A DNA stretch of 63,986 bases, filler included, from Planctomycetota bacterium (GTDB lineage Bacteria > Planctomycetota > Planctomycetia > JALXBF01), in assembly GCA_026991575.1 (NCBI GenBank). It is 7 parts of 7 records of this genome, joined end to end, with 100 filler letters (N's around TTAATTAATTAA, not from the genome) between each part and the next. Parts side by side here need not be neighbours in the genome. Positions count along the whole stretch, not along the records: positions 20,469 to 35,582 come from JALXBF010000126.1; positions 35,683 to 50,748 come from JALXBF010000127.1; 5 more parts are not named here. One strand, given 5' to 3'. Positions 33,598 to 45,094 of the stretch are shown one piece after another. The position numbers and the translations under genes are program-made. The stretch's first letter is position 1; each line of letters starts with the position of its first letter. The notes under the pieces are model-generated. The model had not been told where the DNA came from, did no database searches, and saw only the letters and a program-made list of their open reading frames with translations.

Positions 33598-35582
33598 ATG
33601 CGTGCTTCTGCCGAGCTGCGCTTGACGTCCCTCTTTCCCGTCCTCGCTACCCTGCTGCCGTTGGCCCCGGCCGCCGCTCAAAGTGACTATCCGATCCGGC
33701 CGGTGCCGTTCACGGCGGTCAAGCTCGAGGGGGGATTCTGGGGGCCCCGCATCGAGACCAACCGCCGCGTGACTGTTTGGCACGTGTTCCGCATGTGTGA
33801 GGAGACCGGTCGTATCGACAACTTCGCCGTGGCCGGCGGCCTGAAGCAGGGTGGCTTTCGAGGGATCTACTTCAACGACTCGGACGTGTTCAAAGCGATC
33901 GAGGGGGCGGCCTACTGCCTAGCCGCTCATCCGGACCCGGAGCTAGAGGCGTACGTGGACGCGGTTATCGACAAGATTGCCGCGGCTCAGGAGCCCGACG
34001 GCTACCTGTACACTGCCCGCACGATCAACGACCCGAACTACAACTATCCGGGCAAGGAAGCGCGCTGGAGCCACCTTGCTCACGGCCACGAGCTGTACAA
34101 CGTGGGCCATTTGTACGAAGCGGCCGTGGCCTATTGGCAGGCTACCGGCAAGCGAAAACTGCTTGATGTCGCGCTGAAAAACGCCGACTTGATCTGTCGC
34201 ACCTTCGGGCCTGGTCCGGGACAGATTATCGGCGTGCCCGGGCATGAAGAGATCGAGATCGGACTGGTCAAACTCTACCGCGCGACTGGCGACCCGAAGT
34301 ACCTGCGGCAGGCCAAGTTCTTCATTGACATGCGCGGCCGCTCTGACCTGCGCAAGACCTTCGGCGCCTACTGCCAGGACCACCTCCCGGTACTGGAGCA
34401 ACGCGAGGCGGTCGGCCATGCCGTTCGGGCCGGGTATCTGTACGCGGCCGTGGCCGATATTGCAGCGCTGACGGGGGACCGACGGTACCGGGAGACGGTC
34501 GAGGCGATCTGGCAGGACATCGTTGGCCGCAAGATGTACCTGACCGGTGGGGTTGGATCGCGGCGTTCGGGCGAGGCGTTTGGCGAGCCGTATGAGCTGC
34601 CGAACGAGCAGGCGTACAACGAGACGTGCGCGGCGATCGCCCAGGCACTCTTTAACCACCGAATGTTCCTTCTCACGGGGGACGCCCGCTACGTGGACGT
34701 GCTTGAGCGGGTGATTTACAACGGCTTCCTTTCGGGCGTCGCGCTCAGCGGCGACCGCTACTTCTACCCGAATCCCCTGGCATGCAACGGCCGAACGCGA
34801 TTCAACCAGGGGGTGCTGGGCAGAAGCCGCTGGTTTGCCTGTGCCTGCTGTCCAGTGAACATTGTCCGTTTCGTGCCATCGCTTCCCGGCTACGTCTACG
34901 CCGTGCGCGGCGACACCGTGTACGTCAACCTGTACGATCGGGGCCAGGCCCGCATCGAGACGGACGCCGGCATTGTTCGACTCAAGCAGCGGACCGCTTA
35001 CCCGTGGGACGGCAAGGTGGCCATCGACGTCTCGGTTGCCAGGCCCACGACATTCGAACTGCGGCTGCGCATCCCCGGTTGGCTCCGCGGCCGTCCGTTG
35101 CCCAGCGACCTGTACCGCTATGTCGACGGCCGTCGCCTTGGGTACGACGTCCACGTCAACGGCAAGCGAGTGCCGGTTCGTGAGGAGAAAGGCTATGTGT
35201 GCCTGCGGCGCACGTGGCGCTCGGGCGACCGGGTGCAGATCGTTTTCCAGATGGAGCCGCGCAAGGTTCAGGCGCACCCGAAGGTGACGGCCAATGTCGG
35301 GAGGGTTGCGCTGGAGCGGGGCCCGATCGTTTACTGTGCCGAGGCTGTGGACAACGATGGTTCGGTTTACGATCTCATGCTTCCGCCCGACGCGCCGCTA
35401 AAGTGGCAGTTCCGGCCCGAGCTGCTGGGCGGCGTGGGCGTGATCCAGGCACCCGCCAAGCGGGCTCGGCGAACCGAAGCAGGCAGGATCGCGTTTGACT
35501 CCGCCACGTTGACGGCCATCCCTTACTACGCCTGGGCTCACCGCGACGTGGGTGAGATGCTCGTCTGGCTGGCGTGCACGCC
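33598..35582 (+). CDS. GH127 beta-L-arabinofuranosidase-like protein (3' truncated)
   Basis: DSDVFK, HELY, GHEEIE, GHAVRA, YNETCA, CACCP, IPYYAW. Confidence 0.92.
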
Positions 35583-35682
35583 NNNNNNNNNNNNNNNNNN
35601 NNNNNNNNNNNNNNNNNNNNNNNNNNTTAATTAATTAANNNNNNNNNNNNNNNNNNNNNNNNNNNNNNNNNNNNNNNNNNNN
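35583..35682. other. Artificial contig linker
   Basis: N run with TTAATTAATTAA. Confidence 0.98.
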
Positions 35683-36819
35683 GGTCGCTACGTGTGCCCG
35701 TGGGCTCGGAGCAATCAGCCCGGCTATTACGATGGCGGCAACAAGTTCGACCTCACTCGTTGGGATCCTGCCTACTTCCGGCGGCTTCGCGACTTTATGA
35801 CCGCTGCCCAACGATATGGCATCGTCGTGGAGTTCAACCTGTTCTGTCCGTTCTACGACGAGGAGCTGTGGCGGGCCTCACCGCTGAACGCGCGCAACAA
35901 CGTCAACGCGATCGGTCGCTGCCCACGTCAAGAGGTCTACACGCTTCAGCACGAGGATCTGACGGAAGTCCAGAAGGAGGTAACCCGCAAGCTGGTGCGT
36001 GCGCTGAATGAGTTCGACAATCTCTATTTTGAGGTCTGCAACGAGCCGTACGCCGGCACGGTCACCGACGAGTGGCAGGCCGAGATCGTGCGGACGATCG
36101 TAGGCGAGGAGGAAAAGCTACCGAACCGACATCTGATCTCATTGAACGTCGCCAACGGTAGAAAACGCGTGCTGCTGCCTCCAAGAGACGTTTCCATCTT
36201 CAACTTCCACTACTGCGTGCCGCCGGACACCGTGGGCATGAACTACCAGCTCGATCGGGCCATCGGCGAGAACGAAACCGGATTCCGAGGCAAGCACGAC
36301 CTGCTCTACCGGACCGAAGGCTGGGCCTTCATCCTCTCGGGTGGAGCTCTCTACAACAACCTCGACTACTCGTTTGTCGCAGGCCATGAGGACGGTAGCT
36401 TCCAGGAATACGCTTCACCAGGAGGTGGCAGCGTTGAGCTGCGTCGCCAGCTCGGCATTCTGAAACGTTTCATCGAGTCGTTCGATTTTGTCCGGATGCG
36501 ACCGCTGCCGGAGGCGATTGTGTCCGTGCGTCCGAGGCTGGTGAGCTATCTGCTGGCCGAACCGCCGCACCATTACGCGGGTTATCTTCACGTGCCCTTG
36601 CCATTTCGCCCAAAAAGGATCGAACACCATCAGCGGCACAATATCCGGGCGCGCCTCAGCGTCGCGTTGCCTCCAGGTCGGTACCGGGTGCGTTGGCTTG
36701 ATGTACTGACGGGTCGCTTCTCGGCCGACGCGGTCGTGACCGCTCAGCCGGCCGGCACGCCTTTGACCAGCCCGCACTTCGACAACGATATCGCGTTCCG
36801 GATTGATCGGCTGAGTTGA
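35683..36819 (+). CDS. Clan GH-A (GH5-like) glycoside hydrolase, 5' truncated
   Basis: FDLTRWDPAYFRRL, EVCNEP acid/base motif, NFHY, ENETG. Confidence 0.7.
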   Translation, partial: GRYVCPWARSNQPGYYDGGNKFDLTRWDPAYFRRLRDFMTAAQRYGIVVEFNLFCPFYDEELWRASPLNARNNVNAIGRCPRQEVYTLQHEDLTEVQKEVTRKLVRALNEFDNLYFEVCNEPYAGTVTDEWQAEIVRTIVGEEEKLPNRHLISLNVANGRKRVLLPPRDVSIFNFHYCVPPDTVGMNYQLDRAIGENETGFRGKHDLLYRTEGWAFILSGGALYNNLDYSFVAGHEDGSFQEYASPGGGSVELRRQLGILKRFIESFDFVRMRPLPEAIVSVRPRLVSYLLAEPPHHYAGYLHVPLPFRPKRIEHHQRHNIRARLSVALPPGRYRVRWLDVLTGRFSADAVVTAQPAGTPLTSPHFDNDIAFRIDRLS

Positions 36820-36948
36820 ACTTGGTCTTGAGCTGTCCGTCTGCCAGCCGCCGGAAGCACCCGAGCAGGGAGTCACCTGGCCACGGCCGATCCCCGCTGC
36901 ATCGGCAGCGGTGCCCTTAGTTAGCCCGTCATGGCAGACCGGAACCAT

Positions 36949-36976
36949 GAAAAGCCCGGCCGATTCCGGCCGGGCT
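36949..36976 (-). terminator. Intrinsic terminator after tRNA-Ser
   Basis: Minus strand GCCCGGCCG-GAAT-CGGCCGGGC followed by TTTT. Confidence 0.75.
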
Positions 36977-36990
36977 GTCCACGGGGTCAA

Positions 36991-37081
<91 letters not shown>

Positions 37082-37343
37082 GCTCGTGCCGGCCTGCCCC
37101 TCCGGGGGCAGGACCTGACCGTGCATGGAATTCTTGCTTTCAGCAGTGACATCGGCAAGCGGGCTGCTGCGGTTGCAGTTGGGGAGCAATGCGCACGTTG
37201 CTCCGTCTGTTAGAACCCGTAGAGCCTTGAGGGGTTCGCTGTGCAATCGCAGCTGAGGCGCAACCTACCGTATCGCAGAACATTGCGCAGCACTGCCACT
37301 GCCAGGACCAACGGCTCGCCGGGCAGTGGCAAGCGTCGTGGTG

Positions 37344-39107
37344 CTACTCCTTGATGATGTCACGCACGGTAGCCCCGGATGGAATCATTGGCAGGACGTG
37401 CTCCTGGTAAGGGATCAGCACGTCCAGCAGGTACGGCCCCGGATAGGCAAGCATCTCTTCCAGGGCCGGCCTCAGCTCGCTGCGGGCCGAGATCTGCCGG
37501 CCTTTGATGCCAAAGCCGGCGGCGATCTCGACAAAGTTCGGGTAGGGCTCCGTCTCAGATCCCCCTTTGCCGATTGCCTCAGGCCGGTCAATCGGCCCCA
37601 GGTACGTGTGCGCTCGACGGCCCTCGAAAAACCGGTCCTCCCATTGCACGACCATCCCCAGGTGCTGGTTGTTCAGGATCATCATCTTGACCGGCAGCTT
37701 CTCGCAGTAAACTGTGGCCAGCTCCTGGATGTTCATCAAAAACGAGCCGTCACCGTCGATGTCGATGACCGTACAGTCAGGATGGGCGACCTGCGCCCCA
37801 ATGGCCGCCGGCAAACCAAACCCCATGGCACCCAGCCCGGAGGAACTGAGCCACGTTCGCGGCTTCATGAAGCGGTAGTGCTGTGCGACCCACATCTGGT
37901 GCTGACCGACCCCGACGGAGACGATCGTCTTCTCGCCACGGGTGAGTTCCCACAGCTCGCGGACCGCCACCTGAGGCATGATGCAATCCTGGCGGTCGGG
38001 GACCTTCAGCGGCTCGGTTTCGCGCCAGCGGTCGATCTGCCGGAGCCAGTCGCGGTAGTCGCCCGGCTGTACGATCTTGTTCAGCTCCTGAAGTACGTAC
38101 TTGATGTCGCTGACCACGCCGATGTGAGCTGGCTTGTTCTTGTGGATCTCGCTGGGATCGATGTCCACGTGAACGATAACAGCGTTCTTGGCAAACTCGC
38201 TCAGCTTCCCGGTGACTCGATCGTCGAAGCGAACCCCGAACGCCAGAATCAGGTCCGCTTCGTTGATGGCATAATTCGCATACACGGAACCGTGCATCCC
38301 GAGCATCCCCAGGCAGAGGTAGTGGTCCCCGGGCACCGCGCCAAGACCCGTTAGCGTCAAGGCCACGGGGATGCCGGTCTTCTCCATGAACTCGGTCAGA
38401 TCAGGCGAGGCGCCCGATGCGATGATGCCGCCGCCGGCGTAAACGATCGGCCGACGCGCTCGCCGGATCGCCTCGGCGATACGGCGGATGTCTCGCGAAG
38501 ATGCTTCCCGGTACGGGTTGTAGCCCGGAAGGTTCATGGGTGGATCCCAATCGGGTACCACCGCGCTGAGCTGCACGTCCTTGGGCACGTCGATGAGCAC
38601 CGGACCGGGCCGCCCGGTGGTTGCGACGTAGAACGCTTCTTTTAGCACCCGCGTCAAATCCTGGACGCGCGTCACCAGGTAGTGGTGCTTCGTAATGGCC
38701 CGGCACACCTCGACTGTCGGGGTTTCCTGAAAGGCGTCTGTGCCGATCACGCTGGTGGGCACCTGCCCTGTGATCGCGATCAACGGCACCGAGTCCATCT
38801 TCGCGTCAGCCAGGCCGGTGACCAGATTTGTCGCGCCGGGGCCGCTCGTTGAGATGACCACGCCCGGTTTGCCCGTGCTGCGAGCGTAGCCCTCGGCCGC
38901 AAAGGCACCCCCCTGCTCGTGCCGGGGTAATACCGTGCGGATCCGGTCGGCGTGCCGTACCAGCGCCTGATGGATCGGCATGCTGGCCCCACCCGGGTAG
39001 GCAAACACCGTGTCCACGCCGTGACGGATCAGACACCGCACCAGTATTTCGGCACCCTGCAGGGGCGTTTCCTGCGAGGTGCGACTCTCCGTGGTAACCT
39101 CACTCAT
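37344..39107 (-). CDS. ilvB: Acetolactate synthase large subunit
   Basis: [42 protein letters not shown]. Confidence 0.95.
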   Translation of the reverse strand: MSEVTTESRTSQETPLQGAEILVRCLIRHGVDTVFAYPGGASMPIHQALVRHADRIRTVLPRHEQGGAFAAEGYARSTGKPGVVISTSGPGATNLVTGLADAKMDSVPLIAITGQVPTSVIGTDAFQETPTVEVCRAITKHHYLVTRVQDLTRVLKEAFYVATTGRPGPVLIDVPKDVQLSAVVPDWDPPMNLPGYNPYREASSRDIRRIAEAIRRARRPIVYAGGGIIASGASPDLTEFMEKTGIPVALTLTGLGAVPGDHYLCLGMLGMHGSVYANYAINEADLILAFGVRFDDRVTGKLSEFAKNAVIVHVDIDPSEIHKNKPAHIGVVSDIKYVLQELNKIVQPGDYRDWLRQIDRWRETEPLKVPDRQDCIMPQVAVRELWELTRGEKTIVSVGVGQHQMWVAQHYRFMKPRTWLSSSGLGAMGFGLPAAIGAQVAHPDCTVIDIDGDGSFLMNIQELATVYCEKLPVKMMILNNQHLGMVVQWEDRFFEGRRAHTYLGPIDRPEAIGKGGSETEPYPNFVEIAAGFGIKGRQISARSELRPALEEMLAYPGPYLLDVLIPYQEHVLPMIPSGATVRDIIKE

Positions 39108-39468
39108 CGTCGCACGTCCACCTCAAGTAGCCGGCCAGGCTGTCAGCGGGGTGGCCCCAGTTAGATTATTGCTGATTGCCAGACTTGGGCAATTCGAACG
39201 GCGATCTGGCAGGCTCTCGGCCCTCACCGAGCCCGCCGCCTGGCGCGGGCCGAGCCGGCAACCGCAATCACGGCCCGGCCGCCGCTACAACGCCTCTGCG
39301 GCTCTCAGCCCGAGCCAGCTCCCCTGCCGGCGGGCTGGCCCGATACGAGGCACCCCGCGTCGCTCAGGTACCGCTACAATTCGGGGTACGATTCCAGCGT
39401 CCGGTGCACTGCGGCTCGTATCAACGGTGTGACGCGCAGGGAAGCCAGCAGCGAACCAAGTGACTGCG

Positions 39469-41982
39469 ATGTACCGCAAGAGCCTCCCACGAACGATCCT
39501 CACCATACTGCTATTGATCGGTTTGCCGGCAGCGGCCGCGGCTCAGATTCCAGGCCTGGACTTTGGCAGCGGCGATGGCAAGCCGATCGAGTTTTCGGTC
39601 ACCGGTCCGGATAGCCCGGTTGGGCCCGGGGACACGATCGAGGTGAAGATAAGGGCTCGTCTTCAGCCTGAATGGCATGTCTACGCCACAAGCATGCCTG
39701 ATGTGGCCACCGGCCCGCGGCCCACACGGATCCGTGTCACAGCTCCGAAAGGCGCAGAACTCCTCGAGGTTCGCCCGGACCGCGACCCCGTAGTCAAGTT
39801 CGAGGAGGTGTTCCAGCTTCAGACGGAGTACTTCGAGGAGGAAGTTACGTGGACACTGGTGATCCGGATGCCGGAGGAACTACCGTCAGGGTCGGAGCTT
39901 GCAGGCGAGATCCGCTACCAGCTCTGCACGCAAACCCAGTGCTTACCTCCCTCGACCTTCCGCTTCGCCGTGCCGCTCACCGTCACCGGCGGGTCAGCCC
40001 CCGGTGCCGCAGGCGCCCCGGCCACGACCGCAGAACCGCCAGCAGGAGACGCTGGCGGAGAAGAGCAGCGTGATTCTCAGGAGCAGCAGCGCGACAGTAG
40101 CGCTGTCTCCGGCGAGATTCGGTCGTTATCGTCTGCTTTGCTGTTCGGCTTCATCGCGGGCCTGATCCTCAACGTCATGCCCTGCGTGCTGCCGGTGCTG
40201 AGTCTGAAGATCTACGGCTTCGTCCAGCAAAGCGGTCAGGATCCCTGGCGTACCCGCTGGCTCGGTCTGACGTTCGCCGCCGGCGTCATCTTCGTCTTTC
40301 TGATCCTGGCCGGTCTTGCGTGGGCCTTGTCGCTGGGCTGGGGCCAGCAGTTCCAGTCGCGGGCATTTGTCGTGGCGATGGTAGGGCTGCTGGTAGCGTT
40401 CGCGATGGGTCTGTTCGACGTGTACACCATCCGGCTGCCGGGATTCGTGGCACGGGCTGAGGGCGAGCTAGCTCACGAGGAAACGTATCTTGCCAGCTTC
40501 ATGAAAGGGATGCTCGCCACTGTGCTGGCCACCCCATGCAGTGGACCGTTTCTGGGCGGAGTCCTGACGTTTGCCGTCGCTCAACCACCGCCTGTTATCT
40601 TCGCCGTGTTCGCAGCCATCGGCATCGGCATGGCTTCCCCTTATGTCCTGCTGGCTTGGTTCCCCGGATGGGCCAGGTTCTTGCCCAAGCCCGGGGAGTG
40701 GATGAACGTGCTCAAGGAGGCCATGGGCTTTCTGCTGCTCGGTGCCGCGCTGTGGCTGCTATGGACCCGCCGCCACGATGGTGAGTTCGTGTTGTGGACC
40801 ACTGCTTTCGGACTCTGGGTTGGCTTTGCCTGCTGGCTGTACGGCCGGCTGGCCAGCCCGCTGGCAGGTGTGCTGCGCCGCCGTCTGGCACCGGCCTTCG
40901 CCCTGGGCACGCTCGCGTTGGGTTGGTGGGTCTGCGTCTCACTGACCGGCGTTCTCAATCCTCGCCACACGGCACAGGCTTCCGAACACACGGGTGCGGC
41001 TCAGCAATCCGGTGGGATTGCCGGCGTTCCGCTAGAACAGATCAAAGACGCGATCAACAAAGGTCAGTGGCTCGAGTACCGTCGCGAGCTCCTGGACGGA
41101 CTGCTGCGCCAGGGCTACAGCGTCATTGTGGACTGGACTGCCGACTGGTGACTGACCTGCAAGACGCTGGAACGGTCTGTTCTGGCTCACCCGTCGGTCG
41201 ATCAGGCGTTGCGCGACAAGAGGATGGTCCGCCTCCGAGCGGACATGACCGAGACCAATCCCGATGCCGAAGACCTGTTACAGGAACTGGGCAACACGGC
41301 CAAGTCCATCCCCTTCGTCGCATTATTCTCGCACAAAGCACCGGATTCGCCGATCACGCTGCGCGACTTCTTCACCGTCAAGACGCTGCTTATGCAGCTG
41401 GACCAGATAGCCCCCTCCCAGCCGCCCGATCACCTGGACCAACAGGGCAGCCGAAAGGGTTTCGTGGAGACCTCGGTTCAGCCAACAGACTCGGCAGCCA
41501 CCGCCGCCGACGGCTCCGAGCAGCCGGCCGCTTCGAAGCAGGCTCGCCCCGAGAAGGTCGCAGCGGCCAAGCGATCGTCTGCGTCCGGAGAGGATTTGGA
41601 GTGGAGACCGTTTGACTTGGCGGAGATCCGAAAGCTTCGACAGCAGGGAATGAACCTGATTGTGGACTGGACGGCGGACTGGTGAACGGAGTGCAAGGAG
41701 CTGGAACGGTCCGTTCTGGCGCAGAAAGAGGTGATCGCAAAGCTGAAGGAAGGTGGTTTCGTCGCATTCCGTGCGGACGTGACCAACGTCTCCGACACGA
41801 ATCATCCCACGTACCGCTTCATGCGTGAGTTGGGCAACACGACGATGTCGCTGCCCTTTGTGGCCATCATCCCGGGCAACGCACCGAATCGTCCCGTGCT
41901 CATCACACGTGTGGTCGAGAAGGACCGGTTCTTGGCGCTCCTGGACGAGCTCATCAGCTCCGCCGACAGCACCGAGCATTAG
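39469..41982 (+). CDS. dsbD: DsbD/ScsB-family disulfide reductase with two thioredoxin domains, predicted selenoprotein (UGA at 41149 and 41683), 837 aa
   Basis: Alpha domain YQLCTQTQCLPP; TM domain NVMPCVLP and ATPCSGP; DWTADW*LTCK and DWTADW*TECK; ORFs 39460, 41209 and 41731 share one frame; final stop TAG. Confidence 0.87.
41166..41186 (+). promoter_or_regulatory. Putative bacterial SECIS element 1
   Basis: GCTGGAAC-GGTCT-GTTCTGGC hairpin beginning 14 nt after TGA; loop starts GG. Confidence 0.72.
41700..41720 (+). promoter_or_regulatory. Putative bacterial SECIS element 2
   Basis: GCTGGAAC-GGTCC-GTTCTGGC hairpin beginning 14 nt after the second TGA. Confidence 0.72.
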
Positions 41983-42406
41983 CGCCCGCCACTTGCCCGG
42001 ATTCCCGCTCTGCGGCGACAGCTTCTCGGGCAGAGGACTCCCCCCCTTCGCTCACCGCGGTACCGGGCCCGAATCCGCCGCCAGAAACACTGAAGACATC
42101 GGACCTGTCGGGCGTGCCCCGCCCAACGCACGCGTGACGAATGGTCAGTGTGGTGACGGAACCATGGCCGGGCGTTGGTTCGGGGTCGGCATTTGGGAAG
42201 TCCAGGCGTCCACGGGCGTGGCGGGCAGTAGCGAGCGTTCGGGTTGGTGGGATTGTGCAGCGAGCTGGCCGGCAGCTCGTTCCGCGTTGCCAGGGGCTAC
42301 GGTTGAGTAGCCCGAACGCCTCGCTGGACAACAGGCGGTTGTGGGCCCGCAACTTGATGATCTCTGCGGGCACACACACCGAGCCACCCACCAAAGAGAC
42401 TCCGTG

Positions 42407-44395
42407 ATGAGTAGTCTCCGGTCTTCGCGCGACTCCAGTTGGTTGCCTTCTGCCATCCTCATTGTCGTAGGCGTGGCGGCTGTCACCTGCTTGGCGTTCG
42501 CCCTGGCCGCGTGGGCGATCGGTCGGGCTCAGACGCGTGAGTTTCAGCGCCAGGGACAGGCACGGTTGGAGCTTGTTAGCGCCTTTGCACGGGCCTGCCG
42601 TCAATACTGCGCCGACTACCTGCGGCCGGCTCTGGAGCAAGAGCAGACGAACTTCATCATCGAGGGCATGTCATCAACCTACATGACCGAACGGATCCTT
42701 CGTTACCTGTCGCGTGACTTCCCGGGACTGATCTACCGCCAAGCCTCCCCCAATCCGTTGAACCCGGACCATCGCCCGACCGCGTTCGAGCAGCGGTTAC
42801 TGGACCGGTTCCGCGACAATCGCAAACTCGACAAGTTAGAGGGCATTGTCAGGACGGCGCGCGGAGAGGTTTACTATGTCGCTCGCCCGATCGTCGCCGA
42901 GAAGCGCTGTCTGAAGTGCCACGGCGACCCACAGAACGCCCCGTACGCGATCCGGGAGCGATACGGAACCGAGAGCGGCTTCGGCTGGAAGCCAGGCGAA
43001 GTCGTGGGCTTGCTGATGGTGTCCGTTCCCGTAGCGGATATTCTTGCCAGTCAGGCAAGGGTGCGCAGCGTCCTCCACACGACCGCTATCGGCATCAGCC
43101 TGCTCTTGAGCGTAGCGCTGGGGCTTATGCTGCTGCTCTTGATGCGCTGGAACTGGAAGTTGCGGCACGCTACACAGCGGGCTGAGGCGGCCAGTGCTGC
43201 GAAGTCGGCGTTCCTGGCCACCATGAGCCATGAGATCCGCACGCCGCTGACCGCGATCCTGGGGTACGCCGATGAGCTGGCCTTGCTTGAGCGAGACGGC
43301 CTGCTGCCGTCCCAAGCCAGGGAACCGCTCGATGCCATCCGGACCAGCGGTCGCCATCTGCTGAGTCTCATCAACGACATTCTGGACCTTGCGCGAGTGG
43401 AAGCAGGCCGACTCATGCGGCACATCACGGACGTCCGCCTGCCAGAACTGCTGCACGACGTCTGCTCGATCATGCGGGTGCGGGCCGCCGAAAAAGGGCT
43501 CAAGCTGTCGGTGCGCACCCGCGGCAAGGTCCCGGCGGTCGTGCGTGCTGACCCGGCCCAGCTACGCCAGATTCTCGTCAACTTGGTGGGCAATGCGGTG
43601 AAGTTCACGGAGGAGGGCGAAGTATCGATCGAGCTTGCCGCTGAGCCAAAGAGCCCGTCCCGCACGGTGTTGAAGATCGCCGTGCGCGACACGGGCATTG
43701 GGATCGCGCCCGACAAACTGGACCAGCTCTTCGAGCCGTTCGTTCAGGTAGCCGACAGCGCGGTGACCCGGGCGCAAGGCACGGGCCTAGGGCTGGCGGT
43801 GACGAAGCGCCTGGTTGAGTTGGCAGGCGGGTGGATCGCCGTCGAGAGCGAGCTGGGTGTGGGCACGACGTTCCACGTCACTCTACCGGTGCACCACAGC
43901 ACTGACGTGGAGTGGCTCGACGAGGCAGCGTTTGCGCGGGCATCGTCGGTCTCCGACCAGCCCGCCAATACCGACGTCCGCCTGGACGGTTGCCACGTGC
44001 TGCTGTGCGAGGACAACCCGATGAACGCCCGACTGGTGCGGCGAATTCTGGAACGCGTCGGCGTGCGCTGCGAGCATGTGACCAACGGTCAGGAGGCGGT
44101 GGAGTATTTCCGGACACGGCCCAAGCACGAATGGCCTGATGTGGTCCTGATGGATCTGCAAATGCCGGTCATGGACGGCATGACCGCCGTCAAGCACTTG
44201 CGGGCGATGGGCGTTTCGGTGCCGATCCTGGCGCTCAGCGCCAACGTCATGAAGGACGATCGCGATCGTTGTCTGAAGATCGGGTTCAACGACTACCTCT
44301 GTAAGCCGATTAATCGGGCGCGGCTGTTGGAAAGGATTCGGAACTTTGCGCGCCGAAGCTGCCGGGACGGGGCAGTGAGCGGCTCGGTCCGTTGA
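42407..44395 (+). CDS. Hybrid sensor kinase with periplasmic heme-c (DUF3365/Tll0287-like) domain
   Basis: Two TMs, PLNP, CLKCHG, FGWKPG, MSHEIRTPL, NAVKFT, receiver DVVLMDLQMPVMDG. Confidence 0.92.
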   Translation: MSSLRSSRDSSWLPSAILIVVGVAAVTCLAFALAAWAIGRAQTREFQRQGQARLELVSAFARACRQYCADYLRPALEQEQTNFIIEGMSSTYMTERILRYLSRDFPGLIYRQASPNPLNPDHRPTAFEQRLLDRFRDNRKLDKLEGIVRTARGEVYYVARPIVAEKRCLKCHGDPQNAPYAIRERYGTESGFGWKPGEVVGLLMVSVPVADILASQARVRSVLHTTAIGISLLLSVALGLMLLLLMRWNWKLRHATQRAEAASAAKSAFLATMSHEIRTPLTAILGYADELALLERDGLLPSQAREPLDAIRTSGRHLLSLINDILDLARVEAGRLMRHITDVRLPELLHDVCSIMRVRAAEKGLKLSVRTRGKVPAVVRADPAQLRQILVNLVGNAVKFTEEGEVSIELAAEPKSPSRTVLKIAVRDTGIGIAPDKLDQLFEPFVQVADSAVTRAQGTGLGLAVTKRLVELAGGWIAVESELGVGTTFHVTLPVHHSTDVEWLDEAAFARASSVSDQPANTDVRLDGCHVLLCEDNPMNARLVRRILERVGVRCEHVTNGQEAVEYFRTRPKHEWPDVVLMDLQMPVMDGMTAVKHLRAMGVSVPILALSANVMKDDRDRCLKIGFNDYLCKPINRARLLERIRNFARRSCRDGAVSGSVR

Positions 44396-44425
44396 GGCTG
44401 CTGTGGCGCGCGTCTCGGCACCGGG

Positions 44426-44851
44426 TTAGGGCAGGAACCGTGCAGCTCCTTCGCCCGCTGATCGCAAGCACCGCTCGCTGGTGCCGAACCACCGGTACCG
44501 GCGTTGGGCAATCCAGCGGTACAGCAGGTCACGCAGCTCGGATGGGAGCGCTTGCAGCACGGCGGCCGCGCGCCACGGCCACGGCAGGTAACGGCAGACT
44601 CGCAGGACGGCATCGGAAGCGGTGTACAGCTTCCCGCCGGGATCCAGCAGCACGACCGTGTGCGGATCGCCCGGTAGCGGCAGCCCGCGGGTTCGTAGTG
44701 AGCGGGCGGTCGGGCCCGCCAATGGCGCAAAGCGAAGAACACCGCGACGATCGAGCCTGAGCAGGAGCTGAACCGAGCGGCTGCACAGCAGGCACTCGGC
44801 GTCAAAGAACAGGATCGGGTGACCCATCCCAGAGTGCCCGGCACCACTCAT
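44426..44851 (-). CDS. DCC1-like (DUF393) thiol-disulfide oxidoreductase
   Basis: FDAECLLC, RFAPL, SDAV, YRWIAQRRYRWFG. Confidence 0.9.
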   Translation of the reverse strand: MSGAGHSGMGHPILFFDAECLLCSRSVQLLLRLDRRGVLRFAPLAGPTARSLRTRGLPLPGDPHTVVLLDPGGKLYTASDAVLRVCRYLPWPWRAAAVLQALPSELRDLLYRWIAQRRYRWFGTSERCLRSAGEGAARFLP

Positions 44852-44927
44852 GGCTCTGCCTCTGCTCTGCCCACCGACAATCCCGTTCAACCGCAGCCCG
44901 TTGCTAAGGCACGCCAGGGCAAACAGC

Positions 44928-44957
44928 TTGACATCCCCCTGCTGCCCCTCCTAGAAT
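44928..44957 (+). promoter_or_regulatory. sigma70 promoter of the riboswitch leader
   Basis: TTGACA-18 nt-TAGAAT just upstream of the aptamer. Confidence 0.7.
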
Positions 44958-44980
44958 CGGCCGTACGTTGCACTGACGGC

Positions 44981-45094
44981 CATCTTATCCAGAGTGGCTG
45001 AGGGACGGGCCCTGTGAAGCCACAGCAACCGGTCCGGTGCCCCACCGGACACGGTGCTAATTCCCGGCCCGATGCGTTCGGGCAAGATAAGATG
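44981..45094 (+). ncRNA. SAM-I riboswitch (S-box)
   Basis: P1 CATCTTATC/GATAAGATG; ATCCAGAG..GAGGGA..GGCCC..TGAAGCC..GCAACC..GGTGCTAATTCC..AAGATAAG consensus. Confidence 0.95.

Noticed and set aside
33943..35277. 444-aa antisense ORF
   Set aside because: GC-rich shadow of the GH127 gene
39108..39468. Leader-peptide attenuator for ilvB
   Set aside because: No Ile/Leu/Val-rich leader ORF or terminator seen
41149..41685. TGA reassigned genome-wide to Trp or Gly
   Set aside because: TGA ends normal genes here at the expected C-termini (sulfatase, DUF1800, MoeB, desulfurase)
39469..41982. dsbD pseudogene or three separate genes
   Set aside because: Both stops fall on the same catalytic codon, no other lesions are seen, and the downstream pieces start mid-domain
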